A DNA stretch of 64,000 nt, taken from an uncultured Bacillota bacterium. Lineage in GTDB: Bacteria; Sysuimicrobiota; Sysuimicrobiia; Sysuimicrobiales; Segetimicrobiaceae. Numbering within the stretch: position 1 is the first letter of the stretch; every line of letters begins with the position of its first letter. The notes under the pieces were generated by a model. That model had not been told where the DNA came from. It made no database searches and saw only the letters and a program-made list of their open reading frames with translations. The position numbers and the translations under genes were made by a program. Below are positions 56,237 to 64,000 of this stretch, piece after piece. The stretch covers positions 160,001-224,000 of the forward strand of contig CAWDRG010000017.1 of assembly GCA_963804645.1 (NCBI GenBank), given 5' to 3'.

Positions 56237-56439
56237 GCGGCACCTCCACTGGCCCAATGGGGACGGCGCGTGAGTTTACCCGAGGGGCACGTGGCACCAT
56301 TCTCGCGCGCCGGCCCGCATCCCTGCGCCCGGCACCGGCGCGGGAACGGGCGCCACACGGCCGCGGCGCCGAGCGCCTGTCACGCGGGACGGTCCACGTG
56401 TGCGTCGGCGATCCCGCGGCCCCGCCGGCCGCCCTTCGG

Positions 56440-56815
56440 TGACGGCGCCGATAGCCATCGGCGCGGTACGAGCGCTCCCGAGACGAGGACTGGTTCGCGG
56501 AGGCGGCGGGACAGGTCGTACGACATCAGCACAGGCGCCCGTCTCCGGGCACGTGCCGACGGTCGCGGCGAGCACCCGGCCGGTCGCAACGGCCACCGTG
56601 ATCTTCACGCCGTAGGAATTCGACGGGGTGTTGCTGTCGAAACAGACGAGCTCGAAGGTCGCGCCTGCCGGCGTCGAGCGCGGAGTAGCCACGTTGACCG
56701 TCCCACGGCGCGGAGGCCGGCCCACACGCGTGGTCGCCAGCACGTGGAACGGTCCGATCAGAAGCTGGGAGGAAGCCGGCGGACGCGGAACGACGCGCGC
56801 GGTGCCGTCACCTCA
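56440..56815 (-). pseudogene. Partial, start-less copies of the pilin head domain (silent cassette or remnant)
   Basis: 56548-56668 encodes AGATFELVCFDSNTPSNSYGVKITVAVATGRVLAATVGTC, 26/40 aa identical to the pilin C-terminus by hand count; weaker similarity on both sides. Confidence 0.75.
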
Positions 56816-57000
56816 CTCGCGGTTCCCCCGCGCTGGGCGAGGCGCGCAGCAGCCACGCGTGGTCCGCATGCCGCCGTCTACTGACACTTTCCCACGACGC
56901 TCGAGATGATCTGGCCGGTCGCGATGACCACGGTGATCTCAATGCCATAGGGACTCGCCGGGGTATTGCTGTCGAAACAGACGAGCTCGAAGGTCGCGCC
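56631..57000. repeat. 35-nt perfect direct repeat (56631-56665 and 56966-57000)
   Basis: TTGCTGTCGAAACAGACGAGCTCGAAGGTCGCGCC at both positions. Confidence 0.95.
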
Positions 57001-57393
57001 CGCCACTGATCCGCACGGGGGAGAGGCCACGTTGACAGGCCCCTGAGGGCTGATTGGACCGCGGTAGCAAGTGCCGGTGATGTGCAGCGGCGCCGCGATC
57101 TTGGCCGCACTGAGATTGGTGTAGGAAATTGTCGCTCCGGTGCCCGGGAGGGTGACCTTGACGTAGTTGGGGGAGCAGTCCCAGCAGGCCCACCACTCCA
57201 GTGTTTGATCCGTCGACGCCGCTTCCGTCTCCGCGGCACGCAGCTGCGCGACGACCTGCTCGCCCAGCTGACGCACCTGCGCGTTGGCTTGGTACCCCTG
57301 TAACGACGGCATCATAATAAGGAGCAGTAACCCGAGAACGGCAAGACCAATAGCAAGTTCGATAAATGTATGGCCGGCCTCGCGTCTGAACAT
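56878..57393 (-). CDS. Type IV pilin / pseudopilin (FimT/GspH-like)
   Basis: Class III signal MFRREAG|HTFIELAIGLAVLGLLLLIMMPSL; six Cys in the head; GGAGGG RBS; AT-richer codons. Confidence 0.85.
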   Translation of the reverse strand: MFRREAGHTFIELAIGLAVLGLLLLIMMPSLQGYQANAQVRQLGEQVVAQLRAAETEAASTDQTLEWWACWDCSPNYVKVTLPGTGATISYTNLSAAKIAAPLHITGTCYRGPISPQGPVNVASPPCGSVAGATFELVCFDSNTPASPYGIEITVVIATGQIISSVVGKCQ

Positions 57394-57798
57394 CACAACC
57401 CCTCCCCCGCGGCCAGTGGCGCCGGCCATACATCCCGCTCGGATGCAGCCGGACCGCTCCAACCCGCCGCTCATACCATGTCTCGTTACATAGTACGCCG
57501 CCGCACCGCCACGCAGTATAGGACTTTTGGGCAATCGTTTGGGTATACGAACGCGTTTTAGCCGGATTTCTGTTCCCGGTGCTCAATTTCCTCCCGTCAC
57601 CCGCCCCGCAATCGCGGCGTCCCGGCCGCGGACCCCGTTCCCGCTCCTTTTCTTTTAATGAAGCGCTCGGACGGCGACGGGAAGTTTCGAGACACGCGTC
57701 ACCGATCCGACACCCTCGCTTGACGGCCGCGTCAGCCTCGGGTGATACGCTCCGGGCAGGAACCCGGCCGAGTCATTCGACTACACGAGGTGAAGGGG

Positions 57799-58290
57799 AT
57801 GTTCGACAGCCGCGTCCTGCTGCAGTTGGCCGAGGGACAAGTCCAGGCTCGACTCGACGAAACAGACCACCAGCGCCTCTTCGCGGAGGCGATGCGAGAC
57901 CACAGCGCCCACGGTGCGGAGCCGACGAGTGGCGCCCACGCGTGGTGGGTGAACCCCGACGCCGGAGGGCGGCGGGCGCGCCCCGAAGGCACGGCGGGCT
58001 CGCAGGCGTCGACCGGCCCGCGGCGCGCTCAGCGGGGGGACCGCGGCACGAGCGGGCGGAGCGCGGCGAGCGTTTGGCGCGCTGCGTCCTCGAGCGTCGG
58101 CTGCTGCAGAATCTCCGCGGAGACAAACCCGGTGTATCCGACCTCCAACAGCGCGGCGATCCACGTCCGGAAGTCGAGATGCCCCCATCCGGGCGCGCGG
58201 CGCGTATTGTCGGCGACGTGCACGTGCCACACCCGGGACGCCGCCCGACGCAGGGCCGCCAGCGGATCCGCCTCTTCGATGTTCATGTGA
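57799..58290 (+). CDS. Possible small hypothetical protein (3' part overlaps iolO antisense)
   Basis: GAGGTGAAGGGG RBS plus ATG; the first ~50 aa look protein-like (MFDSRVLLQLAEGQVQARLDETDHQRLFAEAMR). Confidence 0.35.
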   Translation: MFDSRVLLQLAEGQVQARLDETDHQRLFAEAMRDHSAHGAEPTSGAHAWWVNPDAGGRRARPEGTAGSQASTGPRRAQRGDRGTSGRSAASVWRAASSSVGCCRISAETNPVYPTSNSAAIHVRKSRCPHPGARRVLSATCTCHTRDAARRRAASGSASSMFM

Positions 58291-58850
58291 AACGTGTCGG
58301 GCAGGATGCCGACGTTCTCCTCGCCGAGCCGCCGGAGCAGGTCCATCACCTCGCCGACCGTGGTGAGCCAGTTGCTCTCGTACCGGTTGATCGGCTCGAT
58401 GACGAGACGGACGCCCCGCGCGCGCGCGGCCCGCGCGATCCGCGAGAGTCCTGCGCACAGCCGGTCCTCCGCCTGCGCCCGTGGCTCTCCCGCCGGGACG
58501 GGCCCGTGGATCAACCCGACGATCACAAGGGCCCCAAGGTGCGCCGCCAACTCCACCTGCGCCAGCAGACGCCGTTCGGTCTCCTCGCGACGCGCGGCGT
58601 CCGGCGAGGTGAGCGCGAGTCCCTCCTCAAGATACGCCTGCCCGGTGCCGATCGCGGGAATGGCGACGCCGAGCGCGTGCGCGTCCCTCGCGATCGCGTC
58701 CGCTGAGACGAGGGACGGATCGCGGACCGCGACCTCCACCCCGTCGAAGCCGAGCCCGGCGAGAAACCGCAGCGCCGCCCCGAGGTCCGCGGTCTGGGCG
58801 ACCGCGGCAAACCGGGTGGCGGTCGCGGAGATCGTGTAGGCCAGCTTCAT
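58029..58850 (-). CDS. iolO: 5-keto-L-gluconate epimerase-like TIM-barrel protein
   Basis: MKLAYTIS N-terminus, GFDGVE, AIGTGQAY, IEPINRYE, DTFHMNIEE, HVADNTR; context with iolM. Confidence 0.75.
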   Translation of the reverse strand: MKLAYTISATATRFAAVAQTADLGAALRFLAGLGFDGVEVAVRDPSLVSADAIARDAHALGVAIPAIGTGQAYLEEGLALTSPDAARREETERRLLAQVELAAHLGALVIVGLIHGPVPAGEPRAQAEDRLCAGLSRIARAARARGVRLVIEPINRYESNWLTTVGEVMDLLRRLGEENVGILPDTFHMNIEEADPLAALRRAASRVWHVHVADNTRRAPGWGHLDFRTWIAALLEVGYTGFVSAEILQQPTLEDAARQTLAALRPLVPRSPR

Positions 58851-59656
58851 GGATCCCCTCCAAGGAAGTAGCGCTCGAGCACGACCCGCACCCCCTCCTG
58901 CTCGGGTCCGGGACAGGTGGCCCGGGCCGCGGCCAGCACCTCGGCCGGGGCTCCCTCAACGGCCACGCCGAGCCCGGCGACCCGGAGCATCGTCACGTCA
59001 TTGTGGTTGTCGCCCACGGCGACGACGCGGTCCAGCGGCACCCCCAGGGCGCGCGCAAGGATGGGGAGCGCCACGCCTTTGCTGACGCCGGCCGGCAGGA
59101 TCTCAAGGTAGTCGGCCTGAGAAAAGACCTGCGAGACCAGCGCCCCGCCGGCCGCGGCGGTCTCGCGGCCGAGCGCCTCCAATTCGTCGTGCCGCCCTAC
59201 GATGAGCAGTTTGACCGGCGTCTCGTCCAGCACCTGCTCGAACGCCGGCACGATCTCGACCGTCAACCGGTCTCTCCGTGCGTACAGGTCCACCTGCGGG
59301 GTCCGGCGCTCGGCATAGACCCGGCCGTGTACGAACACCAGCGGCGAGGTGTCGCGAAACCGGCGGAGCACGGGCAGGAGCCGCGGGACGACCTCGGGCG
59401 GAAGCCGCGACGCCCACAAGGTTGCGTCCGCGACGAAGTCGTAGACGACCGCCCCGTTGTACAGGATCGCGGGCGGATCCGCCCCGATCGCCTCAGCGAA
59501 CGGCCGGGTGGCCTCCCACATGCGGCCGGTCGCCAGGCACACGCGCACGCCCCGCTCGCGCGCGGTCCGCACGGCCGCCGCCACGCCCGGAGGCACGATC
59601 TTGTCTTCGCCGACGAGCGTCCCGTCGACGTCCACGACCAGCGCCGCGTACCTCAT
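58847..59656 (-). CDS. Cof-type HAD-IIB phosphatase
   Basis: DVDGTL, LATGR, YNGA, SKG, GDNHND. Confidence 0.92.
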   Translation of the reverse strand: MRYAALVVDVDGTLVGEDKIVPPGVAAAVRTARERGVRVCLATGRMWEATRPFAEAIGADPPAILYNGAVVYDFVADATLWASRLPPEVVPRLLPVLRRFRDTSPLVFVHGRVYAERRTPQVDLYARRDRLTVEIVPAFEQVLDETPVKLLIVGRHDELEALGRETAAAGGALVSQVFSQADYLEILPAGVSKGVALPILARALGVPLDRVVAVGDNHNDVTMLRVAGLGVAVEGAPAEVLAAARATCPGPEQEGVRVVLERYFLGGDP

Positions 59657-60510
59657 GCCTTCTCCCGGACGGCGCCGAACGTCAGCGCGGACAGCACGTA
59701 CCGGTGCGCCAGCAGCAGCAGCGCGACCGGGACGAGCGCGGAGACGACCCCCATGGCCGCGAGCTGGTTCCACACGATCTCGAATTCGGTCACGAAGCTC
59801 CACACTCCAATCGAAAAGGTCTGGGATCGCGGCGTGGCGGTCAAGATCAGGGCGTACAGAAACTCGCTCCACGCCAGCGCGAAGGTAATCACCCCCGCGG
59901 CGAGCAGCCCGGGGGAGAGCTGCGGCAGCAGGATCTGGAAGAACGCCCGCCACCGCCCCGCCCCGTCGAGGAGCGCGGCCTCCTCCACCTCCACCGGCAC
60001 CTCGAGCAGAAACCCCTTGAGCATCCAGACGGCGAACGGCAGTGAGAACGCGGTGTAGATCAGCACGAGCGCCAGCAGACTGTCGTACAGGCCGATCAGG
60101 CGCACGGTCGCAAAGATCGGGACGACGACGACCATCGACGGCAGAAACCGGAGGCTGAGCAGCCACGACAGCAGGCCGCGCCGGAACCCCGGCGCCACAG
60201 GCAGCCGGGTGAGCGGATACGCCACGAGGAGCGCGAGCGCCAGCGAGAGGACCACGGTCGCGACGCAGGCGACGACGCTGTTGCGCAACAGCACCCAGTG
60301 CCCGCTCCCGACGAGCGCGGCCGTGTACGCGGCGACCGTGGGGTGCACCGGCCACAGCGTCGGCGGCTGCGCGTACAGTTCGCGGGTCGGCTTGAGCGAG
60401 GTCGACACCATCCAAAGGAACGGGAACAGGTAGACGACGCCGAGGACCCCGAGCGCAGCGAGCACGATCCCGCGGAGGACCCGGCGGCGGCGCCGCGGAT
60501 GCCCCCTCAC
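59653..60510 (-). CDS. Carbohydrate ABC transporter permease
   Basis: PFLWMVSTSLK, EEAALLDGA (EAA loop), WSEFLYA. Confidence 0.92.
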   Translation of the reverse strand: MRGHPRRRRRVLRGIVLAALGVLGVVYLFPFLWMVSTSLKPTRELYAQPPTLWPVHPTVAAYTAALVGSGHWVLLRNSVVACVATVVLSLALALLVAYPLTRLPVAPGFRRGLLSWLLSLRFLPSMVVVVPIFATVRLIGLYDSLLALVLIYTAFSLPFAVWMLKGFLLEVPVEVEEAALLDGAGRWRAFFQILLPQLSPGLLAAGVITFALAWSEFLYALILTATPRSQTFSIGVWSFVTEFEIVWNQLAAMGVVSALVPVALLLLAHRYVLSALTFGAVREKA

Positions 60511-61379
60511 GCGATCTCCTCGGAGAGCACGCGGCTCCCGAGCGCGAACAGGATCGACACGACGAGCACCACGTACAGCGCCAGCGCCGACGCGTAGTTC
60601 AGGTTGCTGAACTTGAACGCGATCTGGTACAGATAGAGACTCAAGAACTCGGTCGCCGATCCGGGTCCGCCCATCGTCAGCACCTGCACGTGGTCGAACA
60701 CCCGGAGCGTGTCCGTGAAGCGGAAGACGAGGACGAGCAGCAGCAGCGGCTTGAGATACGGCAGATCGATCGCGAGGAAGCGCGCCCAGCCGCCGGCGCC
60801 GTCGACCGCGGCCGCCTCGATGACGTCGGACGGAACCGCCGCGAGCCCGGCGAACAGCACCAGAAACACAAACGGCATCCACTGCCACACGTCGACGCTG
60901 ACGACCGAGAACATCGCCATGCCCGGCGACGACATCCAGAGGATCGGCCGACCGTGATACCCGAGGTCGCGCAGCAGCACGTTCAGGATGCCGTAATCGG
61001 GAATGTACATCAGCCTGAAGATCACGCCGGCCGCGACCGGCGGCGTCACCATGGGGACGATGAACAGCAGGTACACGAGCGCCCGCCCGAGCGCGCTGCG
61101 GACCGTCCGCTGCACGGCGACGGCGAGCGTGAGGCCCAGCACGCATTCGACCCCCATGGCCAGGGCGACGTACAGCGCGGTCGCCCGGAGCGACGCGCCG
61201 AGCAGCGCGTCGTGAAACGCGAACAGGAACTTGTGGAGGCCGGCGAACCCGCCGAGCCGGTAGTACTGGAGGCTCAGGCCGACCGCGTACGCCATGGGAT
61301 AGACGACGACCGTCAGGAGGAACACCACGGGCGCGGCGACGAGGAGGTAGGGGACCAGAGATCGCCGGCGGATGGGCAC
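60507..61379 (-). CDS. Carbohydrate ABC transporter permease
   Basis: GILN, DVWQWMPF, EAAAVDGA, GGPGSATE; start approximate. Confidence 0.9.
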   Translation of the reverse strand: MPIRRRSLVPYLLVAAPVVFLLTVVVYPMAYAVGLSLQYYRLGGFAGLHKFLFAFHDALLGASLRATALYVALAMGVECVLGLTLAVAVQRTVRSALGRALVYLLFIVPMVTPPVAAGVIFRLMYIPDYGILNVLLRDLGYHGRPILWMSSPGMAMFSVVSVDVWQWMPFVFLVLFAGLAAVPSDVIEAAAVDGAGGWARFLAIDLPYLKPLLLLVLVFRFTDTLRVFDHVQVLTMGGPGSATEFLSLYLYQIAFKFSNLNYASALALYVVLVVSILFALGSRVLSEEIA

Positions 61380-61444
61380 CCCTCCCGTGCGGGGCGGGGC
61401 GCCGCTCGGACGCGGGGCGCCCCACCGCCGGGATCGCTCGCGGA

Positions 61445-62821
61445 CTACTTGATGTAGCCCGCCTCCCGCATGTGCTGGGTGGTCTCGGTCGCGGCGCGGC
61501 TCACCGCCTGTTCGGGCGACTCGGTGCCGGCCAGCGCGGCGTTCAAGTGCGTGCCAAGGATCGTCTCGACCGCCGACCATTCGGTCGTGCGCGGGCGCCA
61601 GAACGGCGGCGTCGCCAGCGACGCGCTCATCGCCTGGAAAAACGGGTAGCGCTGGTTGAGCGACGGGTCGGTCAGGATCGATTTCCGCGACGGGATCCCG
61701 CCGGCCGCGGCGTACGGGCGCTGGACCGCGGCGCTCGTGGCCCACGTGATGAACCGGTAGGACCAGTCTTTCTGCCGGGCCGCCTGCGGGATGCCCATCA
61801 GCCAGTTCCCCATCATCGGCGTATGGCGCCGCGCGATGCCCATCGGAATCACCGTGTACCCCACCTTGTGCGCCACGGTGCTGACCAGCGGGTTTTCGAT
61901 GATGTCGGATGCTTCGGCCGGCCACACGGTGCTCTGGAGCGCGTGCCCGGTCGCGATGAGCCGCGAGCGGTCCGCGGCGTCCGTCGTGTCCGGACCCGGC
62001 TGCGCGACGGCCAGCAGCTGCCCGGCGAGAAACTTCACGGCGTTGACGGTGTCTGACGAGCTGAAGACCACGTTCCACTGACTGTCGAAGACATCCCCGC
62101 CGAACGCCCGCAGCATCGGGAACCAATCCGACATGATCGGGTTCCCCTTGGCGCCCCGGATCGCGTATCCGTAAAACTGATGGCCCTGGTTCTGGAACGT
62201 CGTGCCGTTCGCCAGCACCTGATCCCAGGTTTGCGGCGGGAGCGGCACGATGTCCTTACGGTACATGAACAGCTCGACGTTGCCGACCACCGTCAGCCCG
62301 TACAGGTGCCGGGCTTTGCTCGCCTCCCCCGGGGGGATCGGCCCGCTCGGGGGCGGCCACGTGCCGAGGTCGTAGACCACCGGAAAGATGTCCGGATCGC
62401 GCGCCATGTTGAACGGAGAGGCGTCCAGCGGAGCCAACCAGCCCTCGGACCCAAACTTCGGCATCCAGGGGTCGTCCAGCATGACGAGGTCGAACGTCGC
62501 GGCGTTGGCCTGAAACGCCGTCGTCAGTTTCTCGTAGAGGCTGGCGTACGGATACTCGATCAGGTTCAACTGGACCCCGGTCGTCCGGTTCCAGATCGGC
62601 GCGATCGCCTTGAGTCCGCGGGTTTCGACGCCGGCGACGACGCCCACGTTCAGGACCTTCGGCTTTGGCGCCGCCACCGTGATCGACGCGACCAGGTCAC
62701 CGAACGTGCCTGCGCCGGCGGCCGCGCCGGCAAGCCCGGCGGCTGTGGTCGCGAGCCATCGCCGCCTCGTGAGCGTCCGCCGAGGCTGCGGAGCGTGCCG
62801 GTCTGCTCGTACGGGCTTCAT
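61445..62821 (-). CDS. Sugar ABC transporter substrate-binding protein (Tat signal)
   Basis: TRRRWL; FDLVMLDDPW, MYRKD, PQTWD. Confidence 0.9.
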   Translation of the reverse strand: MKPVRADRHAPQPRRTLTRRRWLATTAAGLAGAAAGAGTFGDLVASITVAAPKPKVLNVGVVAGVETRGLKAIAPIWNRTTGVQLNLIEYPYASLYEKLTTAFQANAATFDLVMLDDPWMPKFGSEGWLAPLDASPFNMARDPDIFPVVYDLGTWPPPSGPIPPGEASKARHLYGLTVVGNVELFMYRKDIVPLPPQTWDQVLANGTTFQNQGHQFYGYAIRGAKGNPIMSDWFPMLRAFGGDVFDSQWNVVFSSSDTVNAVKFLAGQLLAVAQPGPDTTDAADRSRLIATGHALQSTVWPAEASDIIENPLVSTVAHKVGYTVIPMGIARRHTPMMGNWLMGIPQAARQKDWSYRFITWATSAAVQRPYAAAGGIPSRKSILTDPSLNQRYPFFQAMSASLATPPFWRPRTTEWSAVETILGTHLNAALAGTESPEQAVSRAATETTQHMREAGYIK

Positions 62822-62891
62822 GGATTCCTCTCCCGTCTCGCCGTCATCTCGACGCGGTCGATGGCACCCGGTTCGTCGCGCCGGCCGGACC

Positions 62892-64000
62892 TCAGGCCAT
62901 CTTGATCATCACTTTGCCGTCCTGGCGCTTGCTGGCCTTCTCGACGGCCGCGTTCGCCTGCGCGAGCGGAAACCGGCTCGTGATGATGGGGCGAAGATCC
63001 ACCCGCCCCGACGCCATCAGGCGAATGACGTTCTGGAACGTCCCGTACCCGGAGTGCCCCTGCGCCCCGTACACCTGCGCCGCGTGCGTCTGAAAGCTCT
63101 CGAGGTACATCGGCGCGCGCTCCGCGGCCCGCCCGATGATCACGATCTTCCCGCCGATCGCCAGCGCCTGCTCCATCTCCGGGACGGTCCGGTTCATCGC
63201 TCCCGCCGCTTCCACCTGGAGATCGGCGCCGGCGCCGTGGCTCGCGTCCATCAACACCTCGTGCGGGCTGCTCCCGGCTTTCTCAAGCTCGACCGGACTG
63301 TGGACTTCGTCCGCGCCAACCTTCTTCGCCAATTCCTGCCGGAACGGGCTCACCTCAAACGCCACCACTTTGCTGGCCCCGGCGGCGCGGGCCAGCGCGA
63401 TCGCCGCGAATCCGATCGGCCCGGTACCGTAGACCGCCACGATCCCGCCCGGCTTGAACCCTTCCGCCCGCACGAACATCCCGTTGTAGGCGACGCTCGT
63501 CGGCTCGCACAGCGCTCCGGCCTCGAACCCGGCCTCGGCGGTGCCGTAGGTCGTCATCAGCGCGCCGATCGGCCAGCAGTACTTCGCGCCCACGACAAGC
63601 TGATCGGCCATCGCGCCCGGAATCGTGAATCCGATTTCCTCCAAATTCAGGCACTGGTTCGGCCAACCGTTCCGGCACGGCACACACTCCCCGCACCAGA
63701 TCATCTCCTCCACGGTCACCGGATCCCCGACCCGCAGATCCTGCACCGCCGGGCCGGCCTCGACCACCTCGCCGCTGAACTCGTGCCCGATGATCGTCGG
63801 GAACTTCGTCAGCCCCGGGTAGAGCATGTACCCGTCGGGGTCGGTCTCGTAGAAGTGCACGTCCGACCCGCAGACGCCGCACGCCCGCGGGCGCAGCCGC
63901 ACCTCCTTGGGCCCGAGCGGCCCCTCGGCGACGTCCACGAACCGCAGTTTCGGATGCCGCCAGACGCTGTTGCCCGTGACGGCCTTGCCGGTTCGGCGCT
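62892..64000 (-). CDS. iolM: Zn-dependent dehydrogenase, scyllo-inosose 3-dehydrogenase-like (N-terminus outside window)
   Basis: GNSVWRHP, CGVCGSDVH, YPGLTKFP, GHEFSG, EEMIWCGEC..C...PNQC, GAQGHSG. Confidence 0.8.
   Translation of the reverse strand, partial: RRTGKAVTGNSVWRHPKLRFVDVAEGPLGPKEVRLRPRACGVCGSDVHFYETDPDGYMLYPGLTKFPTIIGHEFSGEVVEAGPAVQDLRVGDPVTVEEMIWCGECVPCRNGWPNQCLNLEEIGFTIPGAMADQLVVGAKYCWPIGALMTTYGTAEAGFEAGALCEPTSVAYNGMFVRAEGFKPGGIVAVYGTGPIGFAAIALARAAGASKVVAFEVSPFRQELAKKVGADEVHSPVELEKAGSSPHEVLMDASHGAGADLQVEAAGAMNRTVPEMEQALAIGGKIVIIGRAAERAPMYLESFQTHAAQVYGAQGHSGYGTFQNVIRLMASGRVDLRPIITSRFPLAQANAAVEKASKRQDGKVMIKMA

Noticed and set aside
56631..57000. CRISPR repeat (35 nt)
   Set aside because: Only two copies, 300 nt apart, both in pilin-coding context; no cas genes.
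56548..57040. Diversity-generating retroelement TR/VR pair
   Set aside because: Mismatches are not confined to adenines of one copy (many C/G/T synonymous changes) and no reverse transcriptase is in the window.
57720..57751. Sigma70 promoter for the 57799 ORF
   Set aside because: TTGACG is present but spacing to plausible -10 boxes (18-20 nt) and their match are poor.

Overview
High-GC bacterial chromosomal window, almost entirely minus-strand. Core content is a complete dcw cluster (mraZ-rsmH-ftsL-ftsI-murE-murF-mraY-murD-ftsW-murG-murC-murB-ftsQ-ftsA-ftsZ), an M50 protease, and nrdR-nrdJ, where the class II RNR carries two LAGLIDADG inteins and has NrdR boxes upstream. Further down are phnDCE-pgeF-yggS-sepF-mtnA-GT2 and a T-box-controlled ileS-racemase-dksA-lspA-lgt operon. 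Accessory blocks are a plus-strand copper-handling operon (CopC/CopD fusion and His-rich exported proteins) behind a leader ORF ending in PPPR, and an inositol/sugar-acid catabolic cluster (iolM, ABC transporter, HAD, iolO, TIM-barrel isomerase, 2-hydroxyacid dehydrogenase, FGGY kinase, pdxA2) interrupted by a small pilin island. The most interesting signals are: (1) a type IV pilin followed by start-less partial copies of its head domain (cassette-like); (2) a candidate metal-sensing ribosome-arrest leader for the copper operon; (3) a Ser1 intein inserted one residue after the RNR radical cysteine; (4) a motif shared by the ftsZ and sepF upstream regions; (5) motif-divergent MurD, IleRS (GVHH), Lgt and LspA. 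Two single-base frameshifts (ileS, DUF5317) look like homopolymer sequencing errors. No rRNA, tRNA, CRISPR array or transposase was seen. All family assignments are by motif recognition, not database search.
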